Below the pieces are notes generated by a model, which ran no database searches, was not told the DNA's origin, and was given only the letters and a program-made list of their open reading frames with translations. From Squalus acanthias (lineage: Eukaryota), in contig CM059432.1 of assembly GCA_030390025.1 (NCBI GenBank), forward strand, positions 6,510,001-6,574,000: DNA of 64,000 nt. Direction: 5' to 3'. Positions 12,252 through 24,215 of this stretch are shown piece after piece. Both the position numbers and the translations under genes were made by a program. Each line of letters opens with the position of its first letter. Positions within the stretch are counted from its first letter, which is position 1.

Positions 12252-14121
12252 TTAGATCAGTTTCAAACCACTCTGCTGGGAGTGGTTCACAGCATGAGGG
12301 ACACGAAAGCAAGAAGGTGGAAATATTAGTAAGATGTTTAAAACTACTTGTAAAGGTTATAGGCCAAGTCAATCCACTCTATTCTTGTACGCTCTTGGTG
12401 ACTGGATACAAAGTGCTATTTCCAGAGGCCTAGGAATACTCAGCTAATTATAGCATAACTAAATGGAAGGCCTGACTTCAGGGAGATCCGCAAAACAAGA
12501 ATGGGGAGCGGTTAGTGGGGTGCTGAAATTCACACACTGTACTCCCAGTGATTGCACTGTAATTAGATTAGAAGAATTGTAACCTCACTATCTAATTTAA
12601 ATATTTTTGTTTATCTTAAAACTTTTTGTGACTATCATTTTATGCTTACACAATGGTGACCGAACAAACTTTGTTGTCTGCACCACGTTGTGTTAGCGTG
12701 AAAGACAGTTGTGGCATTTGTAGCCCGTTGCTGTTCAGGCCAGTCGGGCTGTTACGCAGATCATAGATACAGCTGGAGTGGCACAAGGATGACACCAGGC
12801 CTTTTTGAAATGATGTAATTGTTACAGCGAGCTCAGAGCTTTGGCACTGATGTCTGTCTCCTCGCTGCTCTCTTTTTTTAGCATAACTCGGCAGTTCTAC
12901 ATCTTCATTTAAACTCTGCTAGTTAATCATAAGAATTAAAAATCCATTTCTGGAGCTCGCAGAATGTGATGAAAAAGATGCCAGTAATTGGCAAGAATGT
13001 TTAATAATAAACAGCATCGCTTTGTGGGGATTCAGCAAACAACTGCAAGTGTTCGGCTTGACTCTGTCTCTAGTTAGCGTACATAGCTAAAATGTCTTCA
13101 ATTCATTTGAGCTATTGGGTAGTTTTAACACTCAAGCAACAAGAATGTCCCTTCTTATTTTTCAGCCATTCACATTCTTTGAAAATTCTTTTTCCCATTT
13201 GTGAAACCTGATCTTTTACAGTAAAGCGACATTTGGATGATTAGATTGTTTAATGAGTACCAGCTGAAGTTTAATGCACTGAAAATACAATTTGTGGAAG
13301 TGCAGCTGGAATGTCTTGAATAAATCTTAATTGCTGTTTCTCGAATTACCACAAACGTACGTTGCTCTCTGAGCGTATATTTTGAAACTAAACCTTGTAC
13401 ACCCCATTTCCCAAATTTACTTCAATCAAAATAGAAATCACAGCAAAAGCAAACAGAATTTCCCGTCCAGTAACACTTTTATCCCGTTATCTCTGACATT
13501 GCAAAATATAGCCACTTAGTCGCAGGCATAACATTACTGGTAATTGAAGCACAGATCTAAAATTATTTTTGAAAAGTTCTATTAAGCGAGTGCCAATGAC
13601 TGGGCTGCAGACAAAATTGTTAAAGCCGAAGAATTCTCGATAAAATGTTGATTTAAATCCTGTTTACTCAAAAGGCTAGTGTGGACAGCTCAATCATCAT
13701 TTATTTTGGTCTCTTGGTTAACCGAGACATAAATACTTTTTTGTCGCCTTGTCTCACATGATGCCAGTCCTATTTTTGTATTTTTTTGGGAAACTTTGAT
13801 GAAATTATATTGTTGTCCTCAATCTGTCATCTGGATTTGTCTGAAGTTCAACTAACGGAATATCTGATTATTAAAACAATTGCATTTTGAATTAATAATA
13901 GGAGAGGTAAAGGAAAAAAAAAAGGACCTTTTTGATGTTAAGCGTTGTTTAAGGGTCATGACTTTGAGAAGTTAGGCAGACGAGGTGGTGATGCAATGAT
14001 AGGGACAAGCGTTTAGTGTGTGTTCATTGTAAAGAAAATTGAAGTTGACATGTTTCATCCTGTCTTCATTAAAGCTTTTCTTGTTGTGCAGTTTTTGATC
14101 CTCTCTGCTTTGTTATTGCAG

Positions 14122-14246
14122 ATATTTGGTTTCCAGGCAGGCCTGACCTCCTTGGATAGTGGAGGATCGTTCTGTCCTCCTGCCCCGGTCATCCCTCCTT
14201 TCAGCACAGCTTTTTATGGCAAATTACTTCGACTTCCATCATACTG
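14122..14246 (+). CDS. VPS13B: VPS13B internal coding exon (125 nt)
   Basis: Acceptor tgttattgcag ends at 14121 and donor TG|gtgagt starts at 14247; phase 0-2. IFGFQAGLTSLDSGGSFCPPAPVIPPFSTAFYGKLLRLPSYW matches recalled VPS13B (IFGFQAGLTSLDCSGSYCLPVPVIPSFSTALYGKLLKLPTCW). Confidence 0.96.
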
Positions 14247-15084
14247 GTGAGTTGACAGCCATTAAGAATGCACCAGAGGCAGTTCATTTACGAGACAATC
14301 AAATTGGTCACATTCACCGATACCTTTGTTCTATTCATTTGCATTTCCCGCTGAATGGTTGCCTAATGAGAAACAGAATGGTGAAGTTACTGTGTTTTAA
14401 TGAATTGGTAAATTGTATGCTGAATGTGATTGCAAATACAATAACATTCACTTGCTAGTGCTGCCTGAAGTGCTTGCATCAACCTGAATTGAAATGTAAA
14501 TGCATGGTTAGAATACAAATTGATATTTTAGTAAAGTACATTCATCATATGTATAATGGGGAAACTTGCTGTATGGGATCACACACGGTTTAGAAAATGG
14601 CACTCCATTTATTTGCTTGTACCTCAATGACATATTCATCCATCTCCAACACAGCTTGTTCTGCTCTTCCATTTTAGTTGCTCTGTTTTTGATAAGTAAA
14701 CAGTTTACCCTATTTTATGGAATGCCTGTACAAGAGTTGATGCTGAAATGTTCGCAAGTGAATGAACGGTCTACTTTCCTCCATCGTCTATTTCAGATAT
14801 GTCTGTTCTTACTTAGAGTAATTTTAGTAGTTCTGTGGAAGTGAAGAAGACAAGGGAAAATGTTAACATAAATGCCATTAACACAAGTAAAGATGAGTCA
14901 TCCAACATGACAACACTTTACACCAATTTGTGTACAAATTAGTCTGTTTAGACAGCATTAGAGATGCGATCTGAGGAGCTGAGCTATTCCCGCTATAGTT
15001 GGTTTTGCTCACAACCAGCAAGTGTTGTGCAGAGGGAAGAGATTTTCAGGCTTATGTAGAGTGCCTGAGCTAAATCCTGCCAGT

Positions 15085-15405
15085 ATCCAGTACCTTGCTC
15101 AAGTGTCCATTCTTTACGCATGATGCTTCACAGCGAGTGTTGGCAGACTATTGTATCTCGGAAGCGGGGGCGGGGGGGTGGGTGGGGGAAAGATTGATTT
15201 TCTCCACATGCATGCTATTCCAGCTGGATAGCAATAGGGAGCAGTAACGGTGATCCAGTGGTCTTGAGTTCGCTCGTAAGTCCCCGACTTCCAATATGGC
15301 TGAGTTCAGCTAATGTAGCTCACATCAGTAATTGAACCTGGGGGACTTCCTGCTCTCTCTGGCTCAGTACCACAGCTAGATGTTTTACCCATTTAGCCAT
15401 CTGTG
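15085..15405 (-). mobile_element. Ancient tRNA-derived SINE
   Basis: The minus strand begins gatggctaaatgggtaaa (A-box-like) and contains caggttcaatt (B-box-like). Related copies occur at 7020-7570, 21680-21950 and 47395-48200. Confidence 0.55.
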
Positions 15406-15619
15406 GAGCTTCAAAAATTGTTTTCCTGTGAAATCTTGGTTTCCCAAAACTCTAGTAATTTTTTTCAGTAAAGAATGCACTTTCAGTAAAAATTGTACAG
15501 GTTTACATATTTACTACTAAATCTCCAGCAGTGTTGATCATGGTAAATCAGAAGATATTTATAAGAACAGGAGTAATGCACAATGTGTATTTATTTGTTG
15601 TGAAGGTGTAGCTGCATGC

Positions 15620-15832
15620 AAATAGGCCATGGGGATAGGATGGGATATGCTAGGGGGAACTAAATACGTGGGGTTACGGGGGTAGGGTGGGATATGTGCA
15701 CTGTGGGGATTAAAGCAGGGACAGGGTATTGGATTTGGATGATCAGCCATGATCGTATTGAATGGTGGAGCAGGCTCGACGGGCCGAATGGCCTACTCCT
15801 GCTCCTAGATTCTATGTTTCTATGTTTCTACA
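15620..15832 (+). mobile_element. CR1/HE1-type 3' tail
   Basis: gatcagccatgatc..ggagcaggctcga.gggccgaatggcctactcctgctcc followed by (ttctatgt)n. Confidence 0.8.
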
Positions 15833-16034
15833 AGGTCTCATTGCTCCTAGTTGGCACTCCCTGAGGCTAATTCGAGGGTTTGTTTGCTTTTTCACGCTCT
15901 CCCCTTGAAGAAGAGTATGAAGTAGTGGAAGGATTAACAGGCTGATTAACGTGAACCCTCCTTCTATGGCTGTAACCAACATTATACCCCCCCACCCACC
16001 AAACTCGAGTATCCAGAATTCAGAACCTGAGCCA

Positions 16035-16112
16035 GAGTCTGTGCTCAGAGAGTGTCTGGAGTGGGTGGACCCTAAACCTTCTGACTCAGGCGGGAATGCT
16101 CCCACTATGCCA
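16035..16112 (-). mobile_element. DeuSINE head fragment
   Basis: ctggagtggg..ccttctgactcag matches the reverse complement of the head of the full copy at 47552. Confidence 0.6.
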
Positions 16113-16756
16113 AAGGCTCGTTCCTTAATTAGAGGGTAATGCTTCATATTGGCAACAGCAGTAAATTATTGGCTTTCTGCTTTTATAATTTAAAGATTGT
16201 TTTCATCTGTAACAAAGTATGACATCTGAAATGTGATGGACTGAAAACACTTACTCTCTCTCTCGCGCGCACACACACACTCACAAACACATTTAGTTGT
16301 GTTTTTCGAATGCTTAAATTGGAAATTGTATGAACTAATGGTAATTTAGTAAGTTGAGCCTTAGATTTGAATCTATAAAATCAAAGGCCTAGTTTTACTG
16401 AAGAATGAATTACGTTCAGACTCCGTAAGTGTTTACAGTTAGGCTGGTTAACTCAACTCTGGATTTATTCCAGGATTAAAAACATGTTATTTAATTGTGG
16501 CTTCAGATAAAGGCTTTTGTCTTGCCATAAGTCTCTAGAAACGTGGCAATATCTGAGGAAGTAACATAGTTGTCCCTTGTTACTTCTCTAACTATAGGTA
16601 ATTTTCAGCACAAAATAATAACCTAGAGCCTGACTAATTTACTAGTTGAATTGCTTCACTTTGGAATCAAGAAAATGGATTAGACCTGATGAAGAATTTT
16701 ATAAGAACACATTAACCCCATGCAGTAACACTTCTGTACTGAAAAGCAATAGAATA

Positions 16757-17205
16757 GGTTGCCCTATGAGTAGAGATTGAGTAGATTGGGCCTATACTCT
16801 CTGGAGTTTAGAAGAATGAGAGGTGATCTCATTGAAACATATAAGATTCTGAGGGGGATTGACAGGGTAGATGCTGAGAGGCTGTTTCCCCTGGCTGGAG
16901 AGTCTAGAACTAGGGGGCATAGTCTCAGGATAAGGGGTCGGCCATTTCAGACTGAGATGAGGAGGAATTTCTTCACTCGGGGCTGTAAATCTTTCGAATT
17001 CTCTACTCCAAAGGGCTGTGGATGCTGAATCATTGAGTATATTCAAGGCTGAGATCGATAGATTTTTGGACTCTAGGGGAATCAAGGGATATGGAGATCG
17101 GGCGGGAAAGTGGAGTTGAGGTCAAAGATCAGCCATGATCTTATTGAATTGTGGAGCAGGCTCGAGGGGCCGTACGGCCGACTCCTGCGCTTAATTCTTA
17201 TGTTA
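16757..17205 (+). mobile_element. CR1 LINE 3' fragment
   Basis: LSRLGLYSLEFRRMRGDLIETYKIL..RTRGHSLRIRG followed by a CR1 3' UTR. Confidence 0.9.
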
Positions 17206-17424
17206 TTACAAATTTTAATCTAGTCTAATGATGTGATTAGTTAGGGAATTCTCATGTATATATTAATTGTGCCGGACATCATTCAACAGTAGACATTTAC
17301 GGAAAATTATTCTTGCATTGTCCTTTACTTGAAAGGGTTACAGTTGCTATTTGGAAAATTAGGACCCTCTGGATACAAGATATCCCATTTATTAAAATGG
17401 AGATAGGAAGATTATCAATATTGG

Positions 17425-17690
17425 CTAGAAATATTGATACATAATAGGCAAGGATATTGAGGGTTACGGAACCAAGCCAGGTAGATGGAGTTCAGTTACA
17501 CATTAGCCGTGATCTAATTGAATGGGGAAACAGGCTCGAGGGGCTGAATGGCCTACTGCTGTTTATATATGTTCCTATGTATCTGGATAGAACAGGGACC
17601 TTGGTTCGAGAATAAACTTTAGTTGAAGAGCTAGCACAGGCATGATGGGCTGAATGGCCTCGTTCTGTGCTATAATTTCTGTGATTCCAT
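17425..17690 (+). mobile_element. Two adjacent decayed CR1 3' tails
   Basis: caggctcgaggggctgaatggcctac.. and gatgggctgaatggcctcgttctgtgct.. tail motifs. Confidence 0.65.
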
Positions 17691-18483
17691 TTGTGAATGG
17701 TAGCAGTTAACATTTGTCACCAGGTGGTGGTGTCTTAGTTGTCGGTTCTAGATTTATTCACCAGATGGTGGTGGTGCAATTGGTGCTCTTAAACTCAATT
17801 GGAGAATTGAGACAAACTTAATTATATAATAATGTGTAAAATAATGCTCTGTAAGAAGTCTCTTGTCAGCTTGTCAGTTGGATTATTACAGTTCATAGAT
17901 AAAGACTTTTTTCACAAAAACAGATGATTGAAAGACTTAGAAGTATACTTTTTATGCACCTGTTTTCATTTGAGCCTTTAAAATTTGCTCTTGCTCTTGA
18001 TCTTGATAGTGTCAAGATAATGAAAAGTTGACTATGAAAAGATTACTAGAATTTCATGTCTGGAAGCTATTCTTGCCTGATGAGCTATACAGATGAACGA
18101 TGAGGACCGAGAAAGCAAGTAGCTTAACAAGAATGTGTCACTCTCCGCACCCTGAGTTTAAGTTTGTATTAGTGGTACTGGGGCATTTTTGCTTCAGAGT
18201 AAATTCCAACAAACATAAAGGAACAGCTCAACACATTCGAATCGGTTTCCTTTTGTTTTTTGAAGATCACAAGTGCGATTCACATCATAAGTTGCTATGC
18301 TGGGCAATAACCTAAATCATAACATAAGAAAAAGAAGCAGGAGTCGGCCATTCGGCCCCTCGAGCTTGCTCCACCATTCAATAAGATCATGGCTGATCTT
18401 CTACTTCAACTCCACTTTCCCATCCGATGTCCATATCCCTCGATTCCCCGAGAGTCCAAACATTTATCTAGCTCGGCCTTGAA

Positions 18484-21125
18484 CATAGTGTTGTTGGAGC
18501 TGCACTCATCCAGGCAAGTGGAGAGTATTCCATCACACTCCTGACTCGTGCCTTGTAGATGGTGGAAAGGCTTTGGGAAGTCAGGAGGTGAGACACTCGC
18601 CGCAGAATACCCAGCCTCTGACCTGCTCTTGTTGCCACAGTATTTATGTGGCTGGTCCAGTTAAGTTTCTGGTCAATGGTGACCCCCAGGATGTTGATGG
18701 TGGGGGATTCGGTGATGGTAATGCCGGTGAATGTCAAGGGGCGGTGGTTAGACTCTCGCTTGTTGGAGATAGTCATTGCCTGACACTTGTGTGGCGCGAA
18801 TGTTACTTGCCACTTATCAGCCCAAGCCTGAATGTTGTCCAGGTCTTGCTGCATGTGGGCATGGACTGCTTCATTATCTGTACAGTTTTGGTCTCCTTAC
18901 CAAAGGAAGGATATACTTGCCATCAAGGGAGTGCAACGGAGGTTCACCAGACTGATTCCTGGGATGGGGGTTTGTCCTATGAGGAGAGATTGAGTAGACT
19001 AGGCCTATATTCCCTATAGATGAGAAGAATGAGAGGTGATCTCATTAAAACATACAAAATTCTTACAGGGTTTGACGGGGTTAGATGCAGGGAGGATGTT
19101 TCCCCTGGCTGAGGAGCCTAGAACCAGGGGTCACTGTCTCAGAATAAGGGGTCGGCCATTTGGGACTGAGATGAGGAGAAATTTCTTGACTCAGAGGGTG
19201 GTGAATCTTTGGAATTCTCTACCCCAGAGGGCTTTGGAGGCTCAATCGTTGAGTATATTCAAGACAGAGATTGATAGATTTTTGGATATTAGGGAATCAA
19301 GGGATATGGGGATAGTGCAGGAGAGGTAGAAGATCAGCCATGATCTTATTGAATGGTGGAGCAGGCTCGAGGGGCCAAATGGCCTACTTTATAACAATGT
19401 CAATGACACCTTCCATCACTTTGCTGATGATTGAGAGTAGACTGATGGGGCGGTAATTGGCCAGATTGGATTTGTCCTGCTTTTTGTGGACAGGACATAC
19501 CTGGGCAGTTTTCCACATTGTTGGGTAGATGCCAGTGTTGTAGCTGTACTGGAATAGCTTGACTAGAGGTGCGGCTAGTTCTGGAGCACAAGAGCCGGGA
19601 TGTTGTCGGGGCCCATAGCCTTTGCTGTATCCAGTGCGCTCAGCCGTTTCTTGAGATCACGTGGAGTGAATCAAATTGGCTGAAGACTGGCTTCTGTGAC
19701 GTTGGGGACCTCAGGAGGAGGCCGATATGGATCATCCACTCGACACTTCTGGCTGAAGATGGTTGCAAATGCTTCAGCCTTGTCTTTTGCCCTCGCGTGC
19801 TGGGATCCGCCATCATTGAGGATGGGGATATTCATGGAGCCGCCTCCTCTTGTTAGTTGTTTAATGGTCCACCACCATTCATGACTGGATGTGGCAGGAC
19901 TGCAGAGCTTTGATCTGTTGATTGTGGAATCGCTTAGCTCTGTTTCTAGCATGCTGCTTCCGCTGTTTAGCATGCATGTAGTCCTGTGTTGCAGCTTCTC
20001 TAGGTTGGCACCTCATTTTTATGTATGCCTGGTGCTGCTCCTGGCATGCTCTTCTGCACTCCTTATTGAACCAGGGCTGGTCCCTTGGCTTGATGGTATT
20101 GGTAGAGTGAGGGATATGCTGGGCCATGAGGTTACAGATTGTGATGGAATACAATTCTGCTGCTGCCCCACAGCGCCTCATGGATGCCCTGTTTTGTGCT
20201 GCTATATCTGTTCTGAATCTATCACATTTAGCATGGTGGTAGTGCCACACACCACGATGGAGGGTGTCCTCCGTGTGAAGATGGGACTACATCTCCACAA
20301 TGACTGTGCGGTGGTCACTGCTACCAGTGCTGTCATGGACAGCTGCATCTGCGACAGGTAGATTGGTGAGGACGTGGTCAAAGTAGGTTTTTCCCTCTTG
20401 TTGGTTCTCTCACCACCTGTCGCAGGCCCAGTCTGGCAGCTATGTCTTTCAGGACTCCGCCAGCTCGGTCAGTAGTGGTGCTACCGAGGCCCTCTTAGTG
20501 ATGGAAATTGAAGTCCCCCACCCAGAGTGCATTCTGTGCCCTTGCTACTCTCCATGCTTCTTGTAAGTGGTGTTCAACATGGAGGAGTACTGATTCATCA
20601 GCTGAGGGAGGGCGGTAGGTGGTATTCAGCAGGAGGTTTCCTTGCCCATGAGAATTCATGGGGTCCGGAGTCAATGTTGAGGACTCCCAGGGCCACTCCT
20701 TCCCGACTGTAAACCACTGTGCCGACACCTCTGGTGGGTTTGTCCTGCCGGTGGGACAGGACACACCCAGGGATGGTGATTCTGGGACATTGGCTGAAAG
20801 GTATGATTCTGTGAGTGTGACTGTCAGGCTGTGGCTTGACTTGTCTGTAGGACAGCTCTCCCAATTTTGGCACAAGTCCCCAGATGTTCATGAGGACTTT
20901 GCAGGATCGACTGGGCTGGGTTGTGCCTTTGTCGTGTCCGGTTTTATTATTATTCTTGTTTTTTGTAGCACCATTACTGATACTAGCTTTTTATTCCAGA
21001 TTTATTTAATTAACTGAATTTAAATTCCCCAGCTGCCGTGGTGAGATTTGAACTCATGTCTCTGGATCATTAGTCCTGGTCTCTGGATTACTAGTCCAGT
21101 AACATAACCACTATGCCACCGTTTC
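18484..21125 (-). mobile_element. Second CR1-group LINE family (APE + RT, decayed) with a tRNA-like 5' head
   Basis: APE motifs NIWGL, LTESYL, YRPPS and WVGDFN; linker QPWFNKECRRAC; RT C-terminus QQDLDNIQAWADKWQVTFAPHKC..LGVTIDQKLNWTSHI. A box at 21108-21118 and B box at 21043-21055. The RT core is replaced by a CR1 insert. Confidence 0.8.
18878..19390 (+). mobile_element. CR1 3' fragment inserted in the LINE above
   Basis: SYEERLSRLGLYSL and RTRGHCLRIRGRPFGTEMRRNF, followed by a CR1 3' UTR. Confidence 0.85.
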
Positions 21126-21679
21126 CTGCGCTCTAGAGTCCCCAGCCAGCGGAAACATCCTTCCAGCATTTACCCTGTCAAGCCCTTTAAGAATTTTATG
21201 CGTTTCAATGAGATCACCTCACATTCTACTGAACTCTAGGGAATATAGGCCTAGCCTACGCAATCTTTCCTCATAGGACAATTCCCTTATTGCAAGAATC
21301 AATCTAGTCAACCTTCGCTGCTCTCCCTATAAGGCAGGTATATCCTTCATTAGGCAAGGAGACTAAAACTGTACACAGTATTCCAGGTGTGGTCTCACCA
21401 AGGCCCTATATAATTGTAGTAAGACTTCTTTACTCTTCTACTCCAATCCCTCTATAATAAATACCATTTGCTTTCCTAATTGTTTGCTGTACGTGCATGT
21501 TAACTTTCTGTGACTCGTATACAAGGACACCGAGTGCCCTCTGAATACCAACATTTTCCAATCTCTCACCATTTAAAAAAAAAACTCCCACAGCTTCTAG
21601 TCATGTGTTCTTCTTATTCTTAAAATTATCTTTTCCCATATTTTTTCTCCTCTCTTCACAATGGTAACTTATGCCGTGC

Positions 21680-21950
21680 TGTGGTTCTGCTGGCTCTCGT
21701 AGCCCTTGATCAAGTGACACACTTATTGATTTTGTTTAAGGATGGTGAGGGTTGACGTGCTATTTGGCTTTTGATAATGAGGCTATGATAACTGAGCTCA
21801 TCCATGCCCTCGCCCAAAGACCATACACTTTTGGCCAGTTGTTACATCTCCACTATTGTGGTGTTTGAGATTAATAGTTTAGACGAGAGATCAAACATTA
21901 GACCTTCTTGGTCTCTACAACTTAATACCACTCGAGATGGTTTGACTTCT
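21680..21950 (-). mobile_element. Ancient SINE, very decayed
   Basis: Weak similarity to 15085-15405 (ccttgatcaagtg..gctatt..; gatcaaac..gaccttcttggtc). Confidence 0.35.
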
Positions 21951-22044
21951 CAACAATTTATTTTATTGTTGAGAGATTGGTATATGATATATTTCACTAC
22001 CTATCTATGACTTGAACAACTACACCAAAACGAATAAAAAAGGA

Positions 22045-22498
22045 AAAAGGAAGACTTGCATTTATATAGCATCTTTCACGACCACCGGACGTCCCAAATC
22101 GCTTTACAGCCAATGAAGTACTTTTTGAAGTATAGTCACTGTTGTCATGTAGGAAACGTGGCAGCCAATTTGTGCTCAGCAAGCCCCCACAAACAGCAAT
22201 GAGATAATGACCAGATAATATGTTTTTTAGTGAAGTTGATTGAGGGATAAATATTGGCCAAGACACCGGGGATAACTCCCCTGCTCCTCTTCGTAATAGT
22301 GCCATGGGATCCTTTACATCCACCTGAGAGAGCAGACGGGGCCTCAGTTTAACGTCTCATCTGAAAGACGGCACCTCCGACAGTGCAGAGCTCCCTCAGC
22401 ACTGCACTGAAGTGTCAGCCTAGATTTTTGTGGTCAAGCCTCTGGAGTGGGCCTCGAACCCACAACCTTCTGACTCAGAGGCGATGGTGTTACCAACT
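22045..22498 (-). mobile_element. DeuSINE (SacSINE1-like), near full length
   Basis: tRNA head, Deu domain (ggaggtgccgtctttc.gatgagacgttaaac.gaggcccc) and L2-type tail. Confidence 0.88.
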
Positions 22499-22559
22499 AT
22501 AACGTGTGTAGAACTTTTTGTTTCAGAAGTTTCTTGTGTACTTTTTATAGTTTATAAGG

Positions 22560-24215
22560 TGTCAGTTTTGGCTGAGTGGTAGCGCTCTCACCGTTGAGTC
22601 AGAAGGTTCAAACCCCACTCCAGAGACCCGAGCACATAATTTAGGCTGACACTTCAGTGCAGTACTTGAGGGAGTGTTGCACTGGCAGAGGTGCCATCTT
22701 TAAGAGGAGACCTGAAAACATCCTTTCAGATGGACGTAAAAGATCCCAGGATACTTTTTGAAGAAGAGCAGAGCTCTTCCGGTGTCCTGGCCAACATTTA
22801 TTCCTCAACAAACTTCACTAAAACAGTTTATCTGGTCATTCTCTCATTCCTATCTAACAGAAAGCAAAGAGTTGGGATAAATGGTTCATTCTCAGACTGG
22901 CAATCAGTAACTAGTGGTGTTCCACAGGGGTCAGTGCTGGGTCCCCAACTCTTTACAATCTATATTAACGATTTGGAGGAAGGGACCAAGTGTAACATAT
23001 CAAAATTTGCAGATGATACAAAGATGGGAGGGAAAGTAGTGAGTGAGGAGGACATAAAAAACCTGCAAGGGGACATAGACAGGCTAAGTAAGTGGGCAGA
23101 GATTTGGCAGATGGAATACAACACTGGAAAGTGTGAGGTGATGCACTTTGGCAGGAAAAATCCTAGAGCAATTTATTATCTTAATGGCAAGAAACTGGAG
23201 AGTACTGAAGTGCAAAGGGATCTGGGGGTCCTGGTGCACGAAACTCAAAAGGTTAGTATGCAGGTGCAGCAAGTGATTAAGAAGGCAAATGGAATGTTGG
23301 CTTTCATTGCTAGGGGGATAGAATATAAAAATAGGGAGGTATTGCTTCAGTTGTACAAGGTATTGGTGAGACCGCACCTGGAATACTGCATACAGTTTTG
23401 GTGTCCTTACTTAAGGAAAGACATCCTTGCTCTCGAGGCAGTGCAAAAAAGGTTCACTCGGTTAATCCCGGGGATGAGGGGGTGGTCATATGAGGAGAGG
23501 TTGGGTAGATTGGGACTCTACTCATTGGAGTTCAGAAGAATGAGAGGCGATCTTATTGAAACATATAAGATTGTGAAGGGGTTGGATCGGGTGGATGCGG
23601 GGAGGATGTTCCCGATGACGGGTGAGACTAGAACTAGGGGACATAGTCTTAGAATAAGGGGCTGCTCTTTCAAAACTGAGATGAGGAGGAACTACTTCAC
23701 TCAGAGGGTGGTAGGTCCATGGAATATGCTGCCACAAAAAGCTGTAGAAGCTACATCATTAAATAAATTTAAAACAGAAATAGACAGTTTCCTAGAAGTA
23801 AAGGGCATTAAGGGTTACGGGGAGCGGGCAGGAATTTGGACATGAGTCTAGGTTCGGATCGGTCATGGCCCTGTGGGTAGTGGAGCGGGCCCAGGGACCG
23901 TGTAGCCTGATTCTGCTCCTATTTCGTGTGTGCAATTCTGTTAGCTGCAGGAGATGGTTCTGTGATAGTAGATTGGCGGTTAGGATCAGATCAGCCATGA
24001 TCTTACTGAATGGCGGAGCAGGCTCGAAGGGCCGATTGGCCTACTCCTGCTCCTATTTCTTATGTTCTTATGTTCCTGTTTGTGGGACCTTGCAGTGCGC
24101 AAATTTGCTGTCACGTTTCCCTCTACAACAGTGATTTCACTTCAAAAGTTCTTCATTGGCTGATAAGTGCTTTGGGACATCGTGAAAACATGAAATGCTC
24201 CATATAAATACAAGT
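22560..24215 (+). mobile_element. DeuSINE split by a CR1 insertion (22560-22851 plus 24073-24215)
   Basis: The halves rejoin as ggtcattctctcattcct|gtttgtggg. TSD ttcct at 22847-22851 and 24073-24077. Confidence 0.85.
22852..24072 (+). mobile_element. Young 5'-truncated CR1 with intact RT C-half and duplicated 3' UTR
   Basis: [26 protein letters not shown] through to the stop at 23845 with no interruption; (ttcttatg)n tail. Confidence 0.93.

Larger units (their letters stand above)
18320..21580 (-). mobile_element. Host CR1 (18320-18483 plus 21131-21580) interrupted by a tRNA-headed LINE
   Basis: Reverse CR1 tail at 18320. CR1 ORF2 C-terminal sequence resumes at 21131 after a small deletion. 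Confidence 0.7.

Noticed and set aside
22691..23845. 384-aa ORF that looks like a novel RT gene
   Set aside because: It is a chance read-through from DeuSINE sequence into a 5'-truncated CR1. It starts at GTG and lacks the RT N-half, and a T5 run near 22755 would stop Pol III before the CR1.
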